Shown in pieces: positions 25,001 through 39,200 of a stretch of DNA of 64,000 nucleotides. Both the position numbers and the translations under genes were made by a program. How positions within the stretch are numbered: position 1 is the first letter of the stretch; each line of letters begins with the position of its first letter. This stretch comes from Mobula hypostoma (lineage: Eukaryota). Under the pieces are notes generated by a model. The model was given only the letters and a program-made list of their open reading frames with translations, was not told the DNA's origin and made no database searches. Location of the stretch: assembly GCF_963921235.1 (NCBI RefSeq), contig NC_086101.1:12154001-12218000 (forward strand), read 5' to 3'.

Positions 25001-26371
25001 TCTCCTGTTAGGTTCCTTCTTTGACCCTTTATTTCTTCCACCTCAAGATTTTTTCCATCCATGTACTCGTCTAAATGTCTTTCAAACATTGTAATGGTTT
25101 CTGCCTCCACCACTTCGTTTGGCAGCTCAGTCCATATACCCACTGCTGCTTGTGTCAAAAAAAACATATATCTCAGGTCCCCATTAAATCTTTCCCCCCA
25201 ACTTTAAATCTATGCCCTCTATAAGAAAAAGACAGACCATTCACCTTATCTATGCCCTTCATGATTTTATGTACCTGTGTAAGGTCACTCCGAGCCTCCA
25301 GAGAAAATAACCACAACCTATTTAGTCTCTCCTTATAGCTCATGCTCTCTCGTCTTGGCAAAATCCTTGTAATTCTTTTCTGCTCCCTTTCCAGATTAAT
25401 AACATCCTTCCTGGAGGTAGGCATCCAGAACTGCACAGGATTCTCCAAGTGCCTTCTCAGCAATGACATCCCAACTCTTATGCTCAATTCTGTCCCAATG
25501 AAGGGTCTCAACCCAAAACGTCAACTGTTTACTCTTTTCCATAAATGCTGCCTGACCTGCTGAGTTCCTCGCGCATTTTGTGTGTGTTGCTTTTGGATTT
25601 CTACAGATTTTCTCATTTTCTTGAGCTCAGTGCCTTGAATGATGGTGGGAGTGACAAACATCATCTGATCACCCTGCCTACCTGTGTTGTCACATTGGAC
25701 GTGTACCCCTCGGTGACTCAATTCTACAACACAATGCATGGTCCTGGCATTTACAGAGCAAATCCTGCCCGTGGTCATGGCAAGGTACAGCACAGAAACA
25801 TCTCGTCCATGTGGCAACCATTTAAACTGCCTACCACCATCGACCTCTTCCGGGACCATACCCTCCATGCACCTATCCAGACTTCTCTTAAATGTTGAAA
25901 TTAAGCTCACACTCTCACAATCGGTTCATTCCACACTCTCATGACCCTCCGAGTGAAGAACAGAAGAAATAGGAGCAGGAGTCGGCCATCTGGCCCGTCG
26001 AGCCTGCTTCACCATTCAATAAGATCATGGCGGATCTGATCATGGATTCACCTCCACCTCCCTGCCTTTTCCCCATAACTCTTAATTCCCCAACCTTGCA
26101 AAACCCTATCTAACCCTGTCTCACATATATTTACTGAGAAGCCTCCACTGCTTCATTGGGCAGAGAATTCCACAGATTCACCGCCCACTGGGAAAAGCAG
26201 ATATGTCCCATCTCCATCCTAAATCTACTCCCCGAATCTTGAGATAATGTCTCTTGGAAACAATGTTCTTGCCTCTATCTTATCTATCCCTTTCATAATT
26301 TTATGTTTCTATAAGATCTCTCATTCTTCTGAATGCCAGCAAGTACCATCCCAAGTGACTCAATCTCTCCA

Positions 26372-28220
26372 TGCAACACACACAAAATGCTGGTGGAACA
26401 CAGCAGGCCAGGCAACATCTATAGGAAGAAATACAGTCGATGTTTCGGGTTGAGACCCTTCGTCAGGACTAACGGGAAAAAGCGATAGTAAGAGATTTGA
26501 AAGGGAGAGGGGGAGACACGAAATGATAGGAGAAGACAGGAGGGGAAGGGATGAAGCCAAGAGCTGGGAAGTTGATTGGCAAAAGGGATAAGGCTGGAGA
26601 AGGGGGAGTATCATAGGGCAGGGGGCCTTGGAAGAAAGAAAGGGGAAGGGCAACACCAGAGGAAGATGGAGAACAGGCAAGGAGATATTGTGAGAGGGAA
26701 AGAGAGAAAAAAAATAAATTAGGGATGGGGGTAAGAAGGGGAGGAGGGGCATTAACGGAAGTTAGAGAAGCCAATATTCATGCCATCAGGTTGGAGGCTA
26801 CCCAGACGGAATATAAGGTGTTGTTCCTCCAACCTGAGTGTGGCTTTATCTCGACAGTAGAGGAGGCCATGGATTGACATATCGGAATGGGACGTGGAAT
26901 TAAAGTGTGTGGCCACTGGGAGATCCTGCTTTCTCTGGCGGACAGAGCATAGGTGTTCAGCGAAACGGTCTCCCAGTCTGCATCGGGTCTCACCAATATA
27001 TAGAAGGCCACATCGAGAGCACCGGACGCAGTATATCACCCCAGCCGACTCACAGGTGAAGTGTCGCCTCACCTGGAAGGACTGTCTGGGCCCTGAATGG
27101 TGGTGAGGCAGGTGTAGCACTTGTTCCGCTTACAAGGATAAGTGCCTGGAGGGAGATCAGTGGGAGGGGATGGGGGGGCACGAATGGACAAGGGAGTCGC
27201 GTAGGGAGCGATCCCTGCGGAAAGCAGAAAGTGGGAAAGATGTGCTTGGTGGTGGGATCCCGTTGGAGGTGGTGGAAGTTACGGAGAATTATATGTTGGA
27301 CACGGAGGCTGGTGGGGTGGTAGGTGAGGACAAGAGGAACCCTATTCCTAGTGGGGTGGCAGGAGGATAGGGTGAGAGCAGATGTGTGTGAAATGGGAGA
27401 GATGAGTTTGAGGGCAGAGTTGATGGTGGAGGAAGGGAAGCCCCTTTCTTTAATAAAAGAAGTCATCTCCTTCGTCCTGGAATGAAAAGCCTCATTCTGA
27501 GAGCAGATGCGGTGGAGACGGAGGAAGTGAGAGAAGAGGATGGCGTTTTTGCAAGTAACATGTTGGGAAAAGGAATAGTCCAGGTAGCTGAGAGAGTCCA
27601 TGGGCTTATAGTTGACATCAGTAGGTAAGTTGTCTCCAGAGACAAAGAGATCAAGGAAGGGGAGGGAGGTGTTGGAAATGGACCATGTAAATTTGAGGGC
27701 AGGATGGGAGTTGGAGGCAAAGTTGATGAAGTCAACGAGTTCAGCAGGCGTGCAGGAAGCAGCGCCAATGCAATCGTCGATGTAGTGAAGGAAAAATGGG
27801 GGACGGATACCAGTATAGACTTGGAACATGGACTGTTCCACAAAGCCAACAAAAAGGCAGGCATAGCTGGGACCCATGTGGGTGCCCCTAGCTACACCTT
27901 TAGTTTGGAGGAAGTGGGAGGAGCCAAAGGAGAAATTATTAAAAATAAGAACCAATTCTACCAGACGGAGGAGAGTGGTGGTAGAGGGGAACTGGTTGGG
28001 TCTGGAATCCAAAAAGAAACGGAGAGCTTTGAGACCTTCCTGGTGGTGTTTGGAGGTATACAGGGACTGGACATCCATGGTGAAAATAAGACAATGGGGG
28101 CCAGGGAACTTGAAATCACTGAAAAAATCCAGAGCGTGAGAAGTGTCACGAACATAGGTGGGAAGGGATTGAACAAGGGGGGATAAAACAGTGTTGAGGT
28201 ATGCAGAAATGAGTTCACGT
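26372..28220 (-). mobile_element. Penelope-like element, 5'-truncated: RT, GIY-YIG and hammerhead tail (26435-26470)
   Basis: ORF 27050-28228 has MDVQSLYT, QTKGVARGTHMGPSYACLF, YIDD and LPFLD; ORF 26752-27120 is the GIY-YIG domain. Confidence 0.92.
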
Positions 28221-29719
28221 AGTTTCACCCCCTCAACCGGATGAACCTCCTCTACACCGCCTCCAAAGCCAGTATATTCTTCCTCAAGTCAGGAGACCAG
28301 AATTGCACGCAGTACTCCAGGTGCGGCCTCACCAGTACCCCATACAGTTGCAGCATATCCTCCCTGTTCTTAAATTCAATCCATCTAGCCAACATTCCAT
28401 TTGCCGCCTTGATAGACTGCTGCACCTGCAAACCAACCTTTTGTGATTCATGCACAAGCACTCCCAAATCTCTCTGCACAACGGTGTGCTGCAATTTTTT
28501 TTACCATTTAAATGATAATCTGTTCTTTTATTTTCCCTTCCAAAGTGGTTACCTTGCATGTACCAACATTGTACTCCATCTGCCAGATCCTTGCCCACTC
28601 GCTTAACCTATCTATATTTCGCTGCAGACTCTCCATATCTTCTGCACAATTTGCTTTTTCACTCAATTTAGAATCATCAGCAAACTTAGATGCAATACAC
28701 TTGGTCCCCTCTTCCAGATCGTTAATGTATATCGTGAACAGTTGGGCCCAGCACCAACCCCTGCGGCACACCATTCACCACTGATTGTTGGTACATACTG
28801 TTTATTATAGATTACTATAAATTTTACATTGCACATTTAGATGGATGTGTAATGTAAAGATTTTTACTCATGTATATGAAGGATGTAAGTAATAAAGTCA
28901 ATTCCGTTCAATTCAACCAGAGTAATACACATGTATCCTAACTCTCTGCTTTCTATTAGTTAACCAATCCTCTGCCCATGCTAATATGTCACCCCAATTC
29001 TATGCATCCTTATCTTATGGATAAGTCTTTCATGTGGCACCTTATTGAGTGCCTTCTGGAAATCCAAGAAAATAATTCCCCTCTGTCCAATGTGCTTGTT
29101 ATATCCTCAAGGAACTCCAGTAAGTTTGTCAAACAGGACCTCCCCTTACTAAATCCATGCTGCGTCTGCCTGATGGATCAATTTCTTTCCAGATGCCTTG
29201 TTATTTCTTCTTTAATGATTGCTTCAAGCATTTTCCCAACTATAGATGTTAAAGTAACTGGACTATAGTTACCTGCCCTTTGCCTACATCTTTTTTTGAA
29301 CAGCGGTATGACATTTGCCGTCTTTCAATCCGCCGGGACCTGCCCAGAGTCCAGAGAATTTTGGTGAGTTATCACCAAAGCCTCCACGATAACTTCTGCC
29401 ATTTCTTTCAGTACCCTGGGAAGCATTCCATCAGGACCAGGGGACTTGTCTATCTTCAGGCCCACAAGTTTGCTCAGCACTACCTCTTTAGTGATAGCTA
29501 TTGAGGTCCTCACCTCCCATCGCATCTATAACAGCTCCCTTTGGCATGTTTGACGTGTCCTCCACTGCTAAGACCAACACAAAGTAGTCATTCAAATCCT
29601 CAGCCATTTCCTCATTACCCAATATCAATTTCTCCTCATCCTCCAAGGGACCCATGTTCACTTTAGCCACCCTTTTCGGCTTTATATATGTTTGTATATT
29701 TTGTGTTAGTTTATAGGCT

Positions 29720-31861
29720 ATGAGGCTATAAGGCTAGAACTTGCGGGTGTGAATTGGGATGATGTTTTTGCAGGGAAATGTACTATGGACATGTGGTCAA
29801 TGTTTAGAGATCTCTTGCAGGATGTTAGGGATAAATTTGTCCCGGTGAGGAAGATAAAGAATGGTAGGGTGAAGGAACCATGGTTGACAAGTGAGGTGGA
29901 AAATCTAGTCAGGTAGAAGAAGGCAGCATACATGAGGTTTAGGAAGCAAGGATCAGATGGGTCTATTGAGGAATATAGGGAAGCAAGAAAGGAGCTTAAG
30001 AAGGGGCTGAGAAGAGTAAGAAGGGGGCATGAGAAGGCCTTGGTGAGTAGGGTAAAGGAAAACCCCAAGGCATTCTTCAATTATGTGAAGAGCAAAAGGA
30101 TGACAGAAGTGAAGGTAGGACTGATTAGAGATAAAGGTGGGAAGATGTGCCTGGAGGCTGTGGAAGTGAGCGAGGTCCTCAATGAATACTTCTCTTCGGT
30201 ATTCACCAATGAGAGGGAACTTGATGATGGTGAGGACAATGAGTGAGGTTGATGTTCTGGAGCACGTTGATATTAAGGGAGAGGAGGTGTTGGAGTTGTT
30301 AAAATACATTAGGACAGATAAGTCCCCGGGACCTGACGGAATATTCCCCAGGCTTCTCCACGAGGCAAGAGAAGAGATTGCTGAGCCTCTGGCTAGGATC
30401 TTTATGTCCTCGTTGTCCACGGGAATGGTACTGGAGGATTGGAGGGAGGCGAATGTTGTCCCCTTGTTCAAAAAAGGTAGTAGAGATAGTCCGGGTAATT
30501 ATAGACCAGTGAGCCTTACGTCTGTGGTGGGAAAGCTGTTGGAAAAGATTCTTAGAGATAGGATCTATAGGCATTTAGAGAATCATGGTCTGATCAGGGA
30601 CAGTCAGCATGGCTTTGTGAAGGGCAGATCGTGTCTAACAAGCCTGATAGAGTTCTTTGAGGAGGTGACCAGGCATATAGATGAGGGTAGTGCAGTGGAT
30701 GTGATCTATATGGATTTTAGTAAGGCATTTGACAAGGTTCCACACGGTAGGCTTATTCAGAAAGTTAGAAGGCATGGGATCCAGGGAAGTTTGGCCAGGT
30801 GGATTCAGAATTGGCTTGCCTGCAGAAGGCAGAGGGCGGTGGTGGAGAGAGTACATTCAGATTGGAGGATTGTGACTAGTAGTGTCCCACAGGATCTGTT
30901 CTAGGACCTCTACTTTTCGTGATTTTCATGAACGACCTGGATGTGGGGGTAGAAGGGTGGGTTGGCAAGTTTGCAATGACACAAAGGTTGGTGGTGTTGT
31001 AGATAGTGTAGAGGATTGTCAAAGATTGCAGAGAGACATTGATAGGATGCAGAAGTGGGCTGAGAAGTGGCAGATGGAGTTCAACCCGGAGAAGTGTGAG
31101 GTGGTACACTTTGGAAGGACAAACTCCAAGGCAGAGTACAAAGTAAATGGCAGGATACTTGGTAGTGTGGAGGAGCAGAGGGATCTTGGGGTATGTTTCC
31201 ATAGATCCCTGAAAGTTGCCTCACAGGTGGATAGGGTAGTGAAGAAAGCTTATGGGGTGTTAGCTTTCATAAGTTGAGGGATAGAGTTAGGAAGAGTCGC
31301 GATGTAATGATGTAGCTCTATAAAACTCTGGTTGGGCCACACTTGGAGTACTGTGTCCAGTTCTGGTCGCCTCACTATAGGAAGGATGTGGAAGCATTGG
31401 AAAGGGTACAGAGGAGATTTACCAGGATGCTCCCTGGTTTAGAAAGTATGCATTATGATCAGAGATTAAGGGAGCTGGGGCTTTACTCTTTGGAGAGAAG
31501 GACGATGAAAGGAGACATGATCGAGGTGTACAAGATAATAAGAGGAACAGATAGAGTGGATAGCCGGCACCTCTTCCCCAGGGCACTACTGCTCAATATA
31601 AAAGGACGTGGCTTTAAGGTAAAGGGTGGGAAGTTCAAGGGGGACATTAGAGGAAGATTTTTCACTCAGAGAGTGGTTGGTGAGTGGAATGGACTGCCTG
31701 AGTCAGTGGTGGAGGCATATACACTAGTGAAGTTTAAAAGACTACTAGACAGGTATATGGAGGAATTTAAGGTGGGGGCTTATATGGGAGGCAGGGTTTG
31801 AGGGTCGGCACAACATTGTGGGCAGAGGGCCTGTACTGTGCTGTCCTATTCTATGTTCTAT
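29720..31861 (+). mobile_element. CR1 LINE, 5'-truncated RT region, nested in the minus-strand CR1
   Basis: ORFs 29932-30246, 30182-30904, 30882-31277 and 31343-31801 with CR1 RT motifs; tail ctattctatgttcta. Confidence 0.92.
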
Positions 31862-34589
31862 ATCTTCCCTTTTTTAATTGCTTGCTTAGTGGTTCTTTGT
31901 TGCTTTTTAAAGTTTTCACAATCTTCCAGTTTCCCACTGCTCTTGGCGACTAGCACGAGCTTTTAGTTTGATCCCTTCTTTTATTTCCTTAGTTATCCAG
32001 AGCTGGCTCTCCTCACCCTTATTGTCCTTGCTTTTAACTGGAATATACTTTTGTTGAGCACTGTGAAAAATCTCTTTGAAAGTCTTCCACTGTTCCTCAA
32101 CCATCCCACCATATAGCCTGTGTTCCCAGTCGACACTAGGCAAATCCTCCCTCATCCCATTGTAGTCTCCATTGTTCAGGCATAATACACTGGTTTTAAA
32201 TCGAACTATTGCACCCACCATTTGTGTGAGAAACTCAACCATCCTGTGGTCACTGTTTCCAAGAGGATCCTTAACTACGAGATTGCTAATTTTACCTGTC
32301 TCATTGCACAAGACCAGATCCAAGATAGCATGTTCCCTTGTAGGTTCAGTAACATGCTGTTCAAGAAAGCCATCATGGATGCATTCTATGACATCCTCCT
32401 CAAGACTACCTTGACCAACTTGATTCACCCAATCTATGTGCAAGTTGAAATCCCCCACGATAACTGCTGTTCCATTCTTACATGTCTCAGATATTTCTGT
32501 TTATTGCCTGTGCCACTGTAATGTCATTATTCAGTGGCTGATAGACAACTCCCACCAGTGATTTTTTTTTCACTTTACTATTCCTAGTATCCACCCAGAC
32601 AGATTTAACATTCTGCTCCTTATATCTTGTGTCGTCTCTCACTAGCACACTGATCTCATTTTTAATTAAGAGCACTACCACTCCTCCCTTCTCTTCCTGC
32701 CTATTCTTCCACATTACCTGATATCCTTGGACATTACATTCACGATCCTCTCCACCCTGCAACTGCGTCTCTACAATTGCCACTAAGTTATACCCCTTTG
32801 TACAGATTTGTGGCACATGTTCACTGACCTTGTTTTGAATACTATGGGCATTCAAATAAAGTGCCTTTATACTTATCGTGCTTTCAAAATCTTGTGATCT
32901 TTTATTCTTTTGTAGTTGACTTATCTTCACCCCGTCTTACTTTTATCTTTTGCTTTTCTTTATCTATACTTTTCTTTTTTACTTTATCCATACTTCTCCA
33001 ATCTGTTGAATCCACCCCTCTTCTCTTTAGTTTAAAGCCCTATCCACAGCCCTAGTTATGCGATCGCTGGAATCCAGGTCCCATTTGTACAGCTCCCTCC
33101 TTCTCCAATACTGGTGTCAATTTCCCATGAATTCAAACCCACTTCTACTACACCAATCCTTGAGATATGCAATTTTCTCTCTAATTTTCTTGACCCTATG
33201 CCAGTTTGCACCTGGCTTAGGTAGTAATCCGGAGATTACTACCTTTTTGGTTCTGCTTTTTAATTTAGTCTCTAGCTGCTCAAATTCCCTCAGCAGAACC
33301 TCTTTCCTCATTCTACCTATGTTGTTGGTACCCACATGGACCACAACAGCTGGATCTTTCCTCTCCCACTGCAAATTCCTCTGCAGGTCAGATGAGATAT
33401 CCTAAACCCGGGCACCAGGCAGGTAAGACAGCCTTCGGAATGCTCTATCCTCATGACAGAGAACTCTGTCTATTTCCCTGACTATACTATCCCCAATTGC
33501 CACTACATTTCTCTTCTCTTTCCCCCCTCTTGAATGACTCTCTGAACTATGGTGCCAGAGTTAGGTTGCTCATCCTTCCTACAGCACCCACTCTCATCCA
33601 CACAGGGAGCAGGAATCTCAGACCTGTTGGACAAGCTCAAGGGCTGAGGCTCCTCCACCACTGTCCCTTGGAACCCACTATCCACCTCACTTGCAGTCAC
33701 ACCCTCTTGTCCCTGACCACAGACTGAATTTGAGGCGGCTAATCTAATGGGTGTGACTATCTCCTGAAACAGAGAATCCAGGTAACTCTTCCCCCTCCCG
33801 TATGTGCCGCAGTGTTTAAAGCTCAGATTCCAGATCATCAACTTTGAGCCTGAGTTCCTCGAGCAGCCAACACTTGCTGCAGATGTGGTCACTAGGAACC
33901 ACAATGGGGTCCACCAGCTCCCACATCATGCAGCTACAGCACATCACCTGATCCTGCATCATCCCTACTTTATTTAATTAGTCTTTTTACTCAGCTACTA
34001 CAAAAGCCTTACCTACCACTTGCCTGTGCCTCTTCGCCAAAGCCTCAAGTTCCCACTCATACACTGGTCCACTCACACAAAGGCCACGCTACATTGATCC
34101 TGCTTTACTTTTATTTACTCCTGCTAATGAATCGTGAATCAATTAGTCTGCCGCGAAGTTTTTATTTCATGTAGCACTTCACACTATTCCAAGTTAAGCT
34201 CTATATATTTCCTTGGGCCATTTTCCCTGTTGATATAGATCCCATTGTAATCTTGGATACCCTACACCATCCACTCTGCCATCAAGTTTGGTGTCATCCA
34301 CAACCATGCCACCTGCAGACTCATTCTAATTAGTAATATGGATGACAAACAACATGGCTCAGCACGGATCCTGCTGGTCACAGGCTTCCAATCGAGAAAA
34401 ACAACCCTCGACTACCACTCTGACTCCTACCACTGAGCCAATTTTGTATCCCATTGGCTAGCACACTCCATGATCTAACCTTCCAAACCGACCTACCATG
34501 TGGGACCTTGTTAAAGGCCTTGCTGAGGTCCAGATGGGTGACATCTAACACCCTACCCTTGTAAATCTTTCCCTTCCTTCCTTGCCACC

Positions 34590-35205
34590 TTAACTCCTGG
34601 TGGAGTCGTCGGGGCGCCGTCATGACAAGCTTTGCACCAGTCTGTTCCATCTGTCACGGTTGTGTGCCAGAGCCTGGGTCACCGCAAATGTTTTCCCTGT
34701 CCATCTTTTCCTCTGTCTGTCTCTCCTTTTCCCCTCCACAGTTCCTTGTAGAACGGTCTTTTCAAGGCCACTGGATCTTGTTACGTGGCCGTAACATCTC
34801 AGCTTTCTTTTCTTTACCATTGTGAGAAGGTCTTCATGGGGGCCAATGTGGTGCTGGATGGTCTTGTGGACCTGCTCGTTTGTGATGCCCCAGATGTTGT
34901 GATAGCATCTCATTTCCAATGCCTGTATCTTCCTCTGTAGCTCTGCTGTGAGGGTCCATGTCTCACATGCGTACAGGAAGATGGAGAATACCAATGCATG
35001 CAGGAGTCTGATCTTGTACTTCATGGTGATGTTGCTGTCCCTCCATATTGACTTGAGATTGGATAGTGCAGTCATTATCTGTGCAGTTCTTGCCAGGAAT
35101 TCTGGTCTTGATCCTTCATCACTGATGATTGTCCCCAGGTATTTGAACTGCTGCACTGTCTCAAGTTTCTGACCATGGACTGAGATGTTTGTTGTGATGG
35201 CACCA
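34590..35205 (-). mobile_element. RTE-clade LINE 3' fragment
   Basis: QFKYLGTII...KIRLLHALVFSIFLYACETWTL...KRKLRCYGHVTR...LQGTVEGKRR. Confidence 0.85.
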
Positions 35206-36200
35206 TTGGCAAATCTTCCTCGTCACTTCTTTAAAATAAAAACTCAGCTCTGCAAAACACTTACTTCCCACATACAGAGCTATGCTGACTTTCCAAAAGC
35301 AGTTTTTAAAAAATATATATATATTGAGAGACACAACACTGAACAGGTCCTACCAAGCTGTGTCACCCAGCAACCCACCTGGGTTGTAATCCCCTGGGTT
35401 TAACCATTGTAAAGTTATCCAATTAACCTACGAAGCAGTACACCTTTAGATTGTGGGAGGAATCCGGGACTCCTGGAGAAAGCCCATGCAGTCGTGGGAA
35501 CAAGATACAAATCCTTGCAAGCAGCACTGGAAATGAACTCCAAACTCCAGTGCACAGAGCTTCAGTAGTGTTGCACTAACCGCTATGTTACTGTGGTGTC
35601 ACAGTTAATTATTTCCATTCATAATCTCTTCCTGTTGGTCTCCACAGCCTACTGTCGCTTGTTCTTGCAGCCCTTCTTAACTAAAAATACAATCTTAGTC
35701 GCCATCCAGTCTTCCAGTACATCACCTGTGGCTATATTTCTACCAGCAATTATTTTCCAATGTCTAAGTTAGACTTGGTCTTGTCCCATGGACATCTCTA
35801 CCTTTGTGTTTCAACTCTACCCACACTTCTCTGGCTGAATGACTAACTGTCGGGACAACACCGATTCCCTGAATTCCCTAGCTTCTATGACAGTATCATA
35901 CATCTGCTGTCCTCTATCGGCCCCCTGCATTAATGAATTTCCTTAGTATTCTTTACAGGCCTGCAGTACTGAAGAATTTAAAACGATGACCAAACTGTTG
36001 GTGATTCTGTGGATAGGAAGTTTGGGAGATCACACTCTACATCAGGGGTGGCCAACCCTTTACATTCCATGCGTCAAAAGTTCAGATGCCATTTTTTTTC
36101 ACGCACGAGTTCTATATTAACATTTTTACAAGAATTGAATGGGGGTACAAGAATTGTATGGCACATCTGAACTCGTGAGTGAAAAAATTGATGCACGGGA

Positions 36201-39200
36201 TTCGGAGCAAGAAGGCTGCGAGTGAACGGCTGATTTTTTTTGGAGCGAGGGGAGTTTTACTACTCGTAAATGAGAGGTGAGACGTCAGCTAGTAGAGCGT
36301 GAAAGGTTTAAAAAAGCAAGGAATCATCAACGGTTTTTGCTTTGGAGCAAGAAGGCTGCGAGTGAACGGCTGATTTTTCGGAGCGAAGGGAGTTTTTTTT
36401 ACTACTTGGGGTAAAAGAGAGGCAAGACTGCGCAGGTGCATGACGTCAACCAGTAGAGTGCGAAAGGTTTAAAAAGAAGACTGCCATATCCAGTGGGCAG
36501 CGGCGTGAGAGGCGGCAGAGTGATAGGGCTTTGGCTCAATGGGCTTAGGCGGTAACAGGAAGAGGCGAGGTAGGTTCACCTGTGTTAATTGTGGAAAGGA
36601 AGTAGTATGAGTGTGAGGCCAGTTTTCTGTGCTCGGTGTCAGATGTGGGAGGTCCTGGAGTCTCCCAGCCTCCCGGACGGCCATATCTGCACCAGGTGTG
36701 TCGAGCTGCAGCTCCTAAGGGACCGCGTTAGGGAACTGGAGATGCAGCTTGATGACCTTCGCTTGGTAAGGGAGAGCGAGGAGGTGATAGAAAGGAGTTA
36801 TAGGCAGGTGGTCACACCAGGGTCACGGGAGACAGACAAGTGGGTCACAGTCAGGAGGGGGAAGGGAAAGAGTCGGGTACTGGAGAGTACCCCTGTGGCT
36901 GTGCCCCTTGACAATAAGTACGCCTGTTTAAGTACTGATGGAGGAGTACAGCCTGCCTGGGGGAAGCAACAGTGGCCGTGCCTCTGGCATGGAGTCTGAC
37001 CCTGTGGCTCAGAAGGGTAGGGAAAGGAAGAGGATGGCAGGAGTGATAGGGGACTCTACAGTTAGGGGGTCAGACAGGCGATTCGGTGGACACAGGAAAG
37101 AAACTCGGATGGTAGGTTGCCTCCCAGGTGCCAGGGTCCAGGATATTTCAGATCGCATCCAAGATATCCTGTAGTCAATGTAGTGGGAGGGAGAACAGCC
37201 AGACGTTGTGGTACATATTGGTACCAATTACTTCGGTAGGAAAAGGAAAGAGGTCCTGAAAAAAGACTACAGGGAGTTAGGAAGGAAGTTGAGAAACAGG
37301 ACCGCAAATGTAGTAATCTCGGGATTACTGCCTGTGCCACGCAACAGTGAGGATAGGAATAGAATGAGGTGGAGGATAAAAGTGTGGCTGAGGGATTGGA
37401 GCAGGGGGCAGGGATTCAGATTTCTGGATCATTGGGACCTCTTTTGGGGCAGGTGTGACCTGTACAAAAAGGACGGGTTGCACTTGAATCCCGGGGGACC
37501 AATATCCTGGCAGGGAGGTTTGCTAAGGCTACTGGGGAGAGTTTAAACTAGAATTGTTGGGGGGTGGGAACGGAACTCAAGAGACTGGGGAAGAGGAGGT
37601 TGGCTCACAAATAGAGAAAGTTTGTAGACAGTGTGAGAAGGAGGATAGGCAGGTGATAGAGAAGGGACACGCTCAGACCGATGGTTTGAGATGTGTCTAT
37701 TTTAACGCAAGGAGTGTTGTGAACAAAGGGAATGAGCTTAGGGTAGATAAGTACTTGGAGATATTATGTGGTGGCCATTACAGAGACTTGGAAGGCTCAG
37801 GGACAGGAATGGTTACTTCAAGTGCTGGGTTTTAGATGCTTCAGAAAAGACAGGGAGGGAGGCAAAAGAGGTGGGGGTATGGCACAGTTAATCAGAGATC
37901 GTGTCCCGGCTGCAGAAAAGGTGGATGCCATGGAGGGATTGTCTATGAGTGGAGGTTAGGAACAGGAAGGGGTCAATAACTTTACTGGGTGTTTTTTATA
38001 GGCCGCCCAATAGTAACAGGGATATTGAGGAGCAGAAGGGAAACAAATCCTGGAAAGATGTAATAGTAGCAGAGTTGTCGTGGTGGGAGATTTTAATTTC
38101 CCAAATATCGATTGGCATCTCCCTAGAGTGAGGGATTTAGATGGGGTGGAGTTTGTTAGGTGTGTTCAGTAAGGTTTCTTGACACAATATGTAGATAAGC
38201 CGACAAGAGTAGAGGCTGTACTTGATCTGGTATTGGGAAATGAACCTGGTCAGGTGTCAGACCTCACAGTGGGAGAGCATTTTGGAGATAGTGATTATAG
38301 TTCTATCTTGGAGAGAGATAGGAACAGACAAGTTAGAAAAGCGTTTAATTGGAGTAAGGGGAATTTTGAGGCTATCAGGCAGGAAATTGGAGGCTTAAAT
38401 TGGAAACAGATATTCTCAGGGAAAAGTATGGAAGAAATGTGGCAAATATTCAGGGGATATTTGTATGGAGTTCTACATAGGTACGTTCCAATGAGACAGG
38501 GAAGTTATGGTGGGGTTCAGGAACCATGGTGTACAAAGGCTGTAATAAATCTAGTCAAGAAGAAAAGGAAAGCTTACGAAAGGTTCAGAGAGCTAGGTAA
38601 TGTTAGAGATCTCGAAGATTATAAGGCTAATAGGAAGGAGCTTAAGAAAGAAATTAGGAGAGCCAGAAGGGGTCATGAGAAGGCCTTGGCAGACAGGATT
38701 AAGGAAAACCCCAAGGCATTCTACAAGTATGTGAAGAGCAAGAGGATAAGATGTGAAAGAATAGGACCTAGCAAGTGTGACAGTGGGAAAGTGTGTATGG
38801 AACTGGAGGAAATAGCAGAGGTACTTAATGAATACTTTACGTCAGTATTCACTATGGAAAAGGATCTTGGTGATTGTAGTGATGACTTGCAGCAGACTGA
38901 AAAGCTTGAGCATGTAGATATTAAGAAAGAGGATATGCTGAAGCTTTTGGAAAGCATGAAGTTGGATAAGTCGCCGGGACCAGATGAGATGTACCCCAGG
39001 CTACTGTGGGAGGCGAGGAAAGAGATTGCTGAGCCTCTGGCAATGATCTTTGCATCATCAATGGGGATGGGAGAGGTTCCGGAGGATTGGAGGGTTGCGG
39101 ATGTTGTTTCTTTATTCAAGAAAGGGAGTAGAGATAGCCCAGGAAATTATAGACCAGTGAGTCTTACCTCAGTGGTTGGTAAGTTGATGGACAAGAACCT

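Larger units (their letters stand above)
25960..34100 (-). mobile_element. Full-length decayed CR1 LINE (ORF1 zinc finger/zipper and SGNH esterase; ORF2), interrupted by a Penelope copy and a second CR1
   Basis: ORF1 remnants at about 33100-33960 (VVVHVGTNNIGR); endonuclease LYLNAHS, GDFNLH, SDH at 31916-32930; RT pieces at 28250-29670; 3' tail near 25960. Confidence 0.85.

Noticed and set aside
36589..37546. Zinc-finger and SGNH esterase ORFs as a novel host gene
   Set aside because: Standard ORF1 of esterase-type CR1 LINEs, disrupted and present in three copies in this window.
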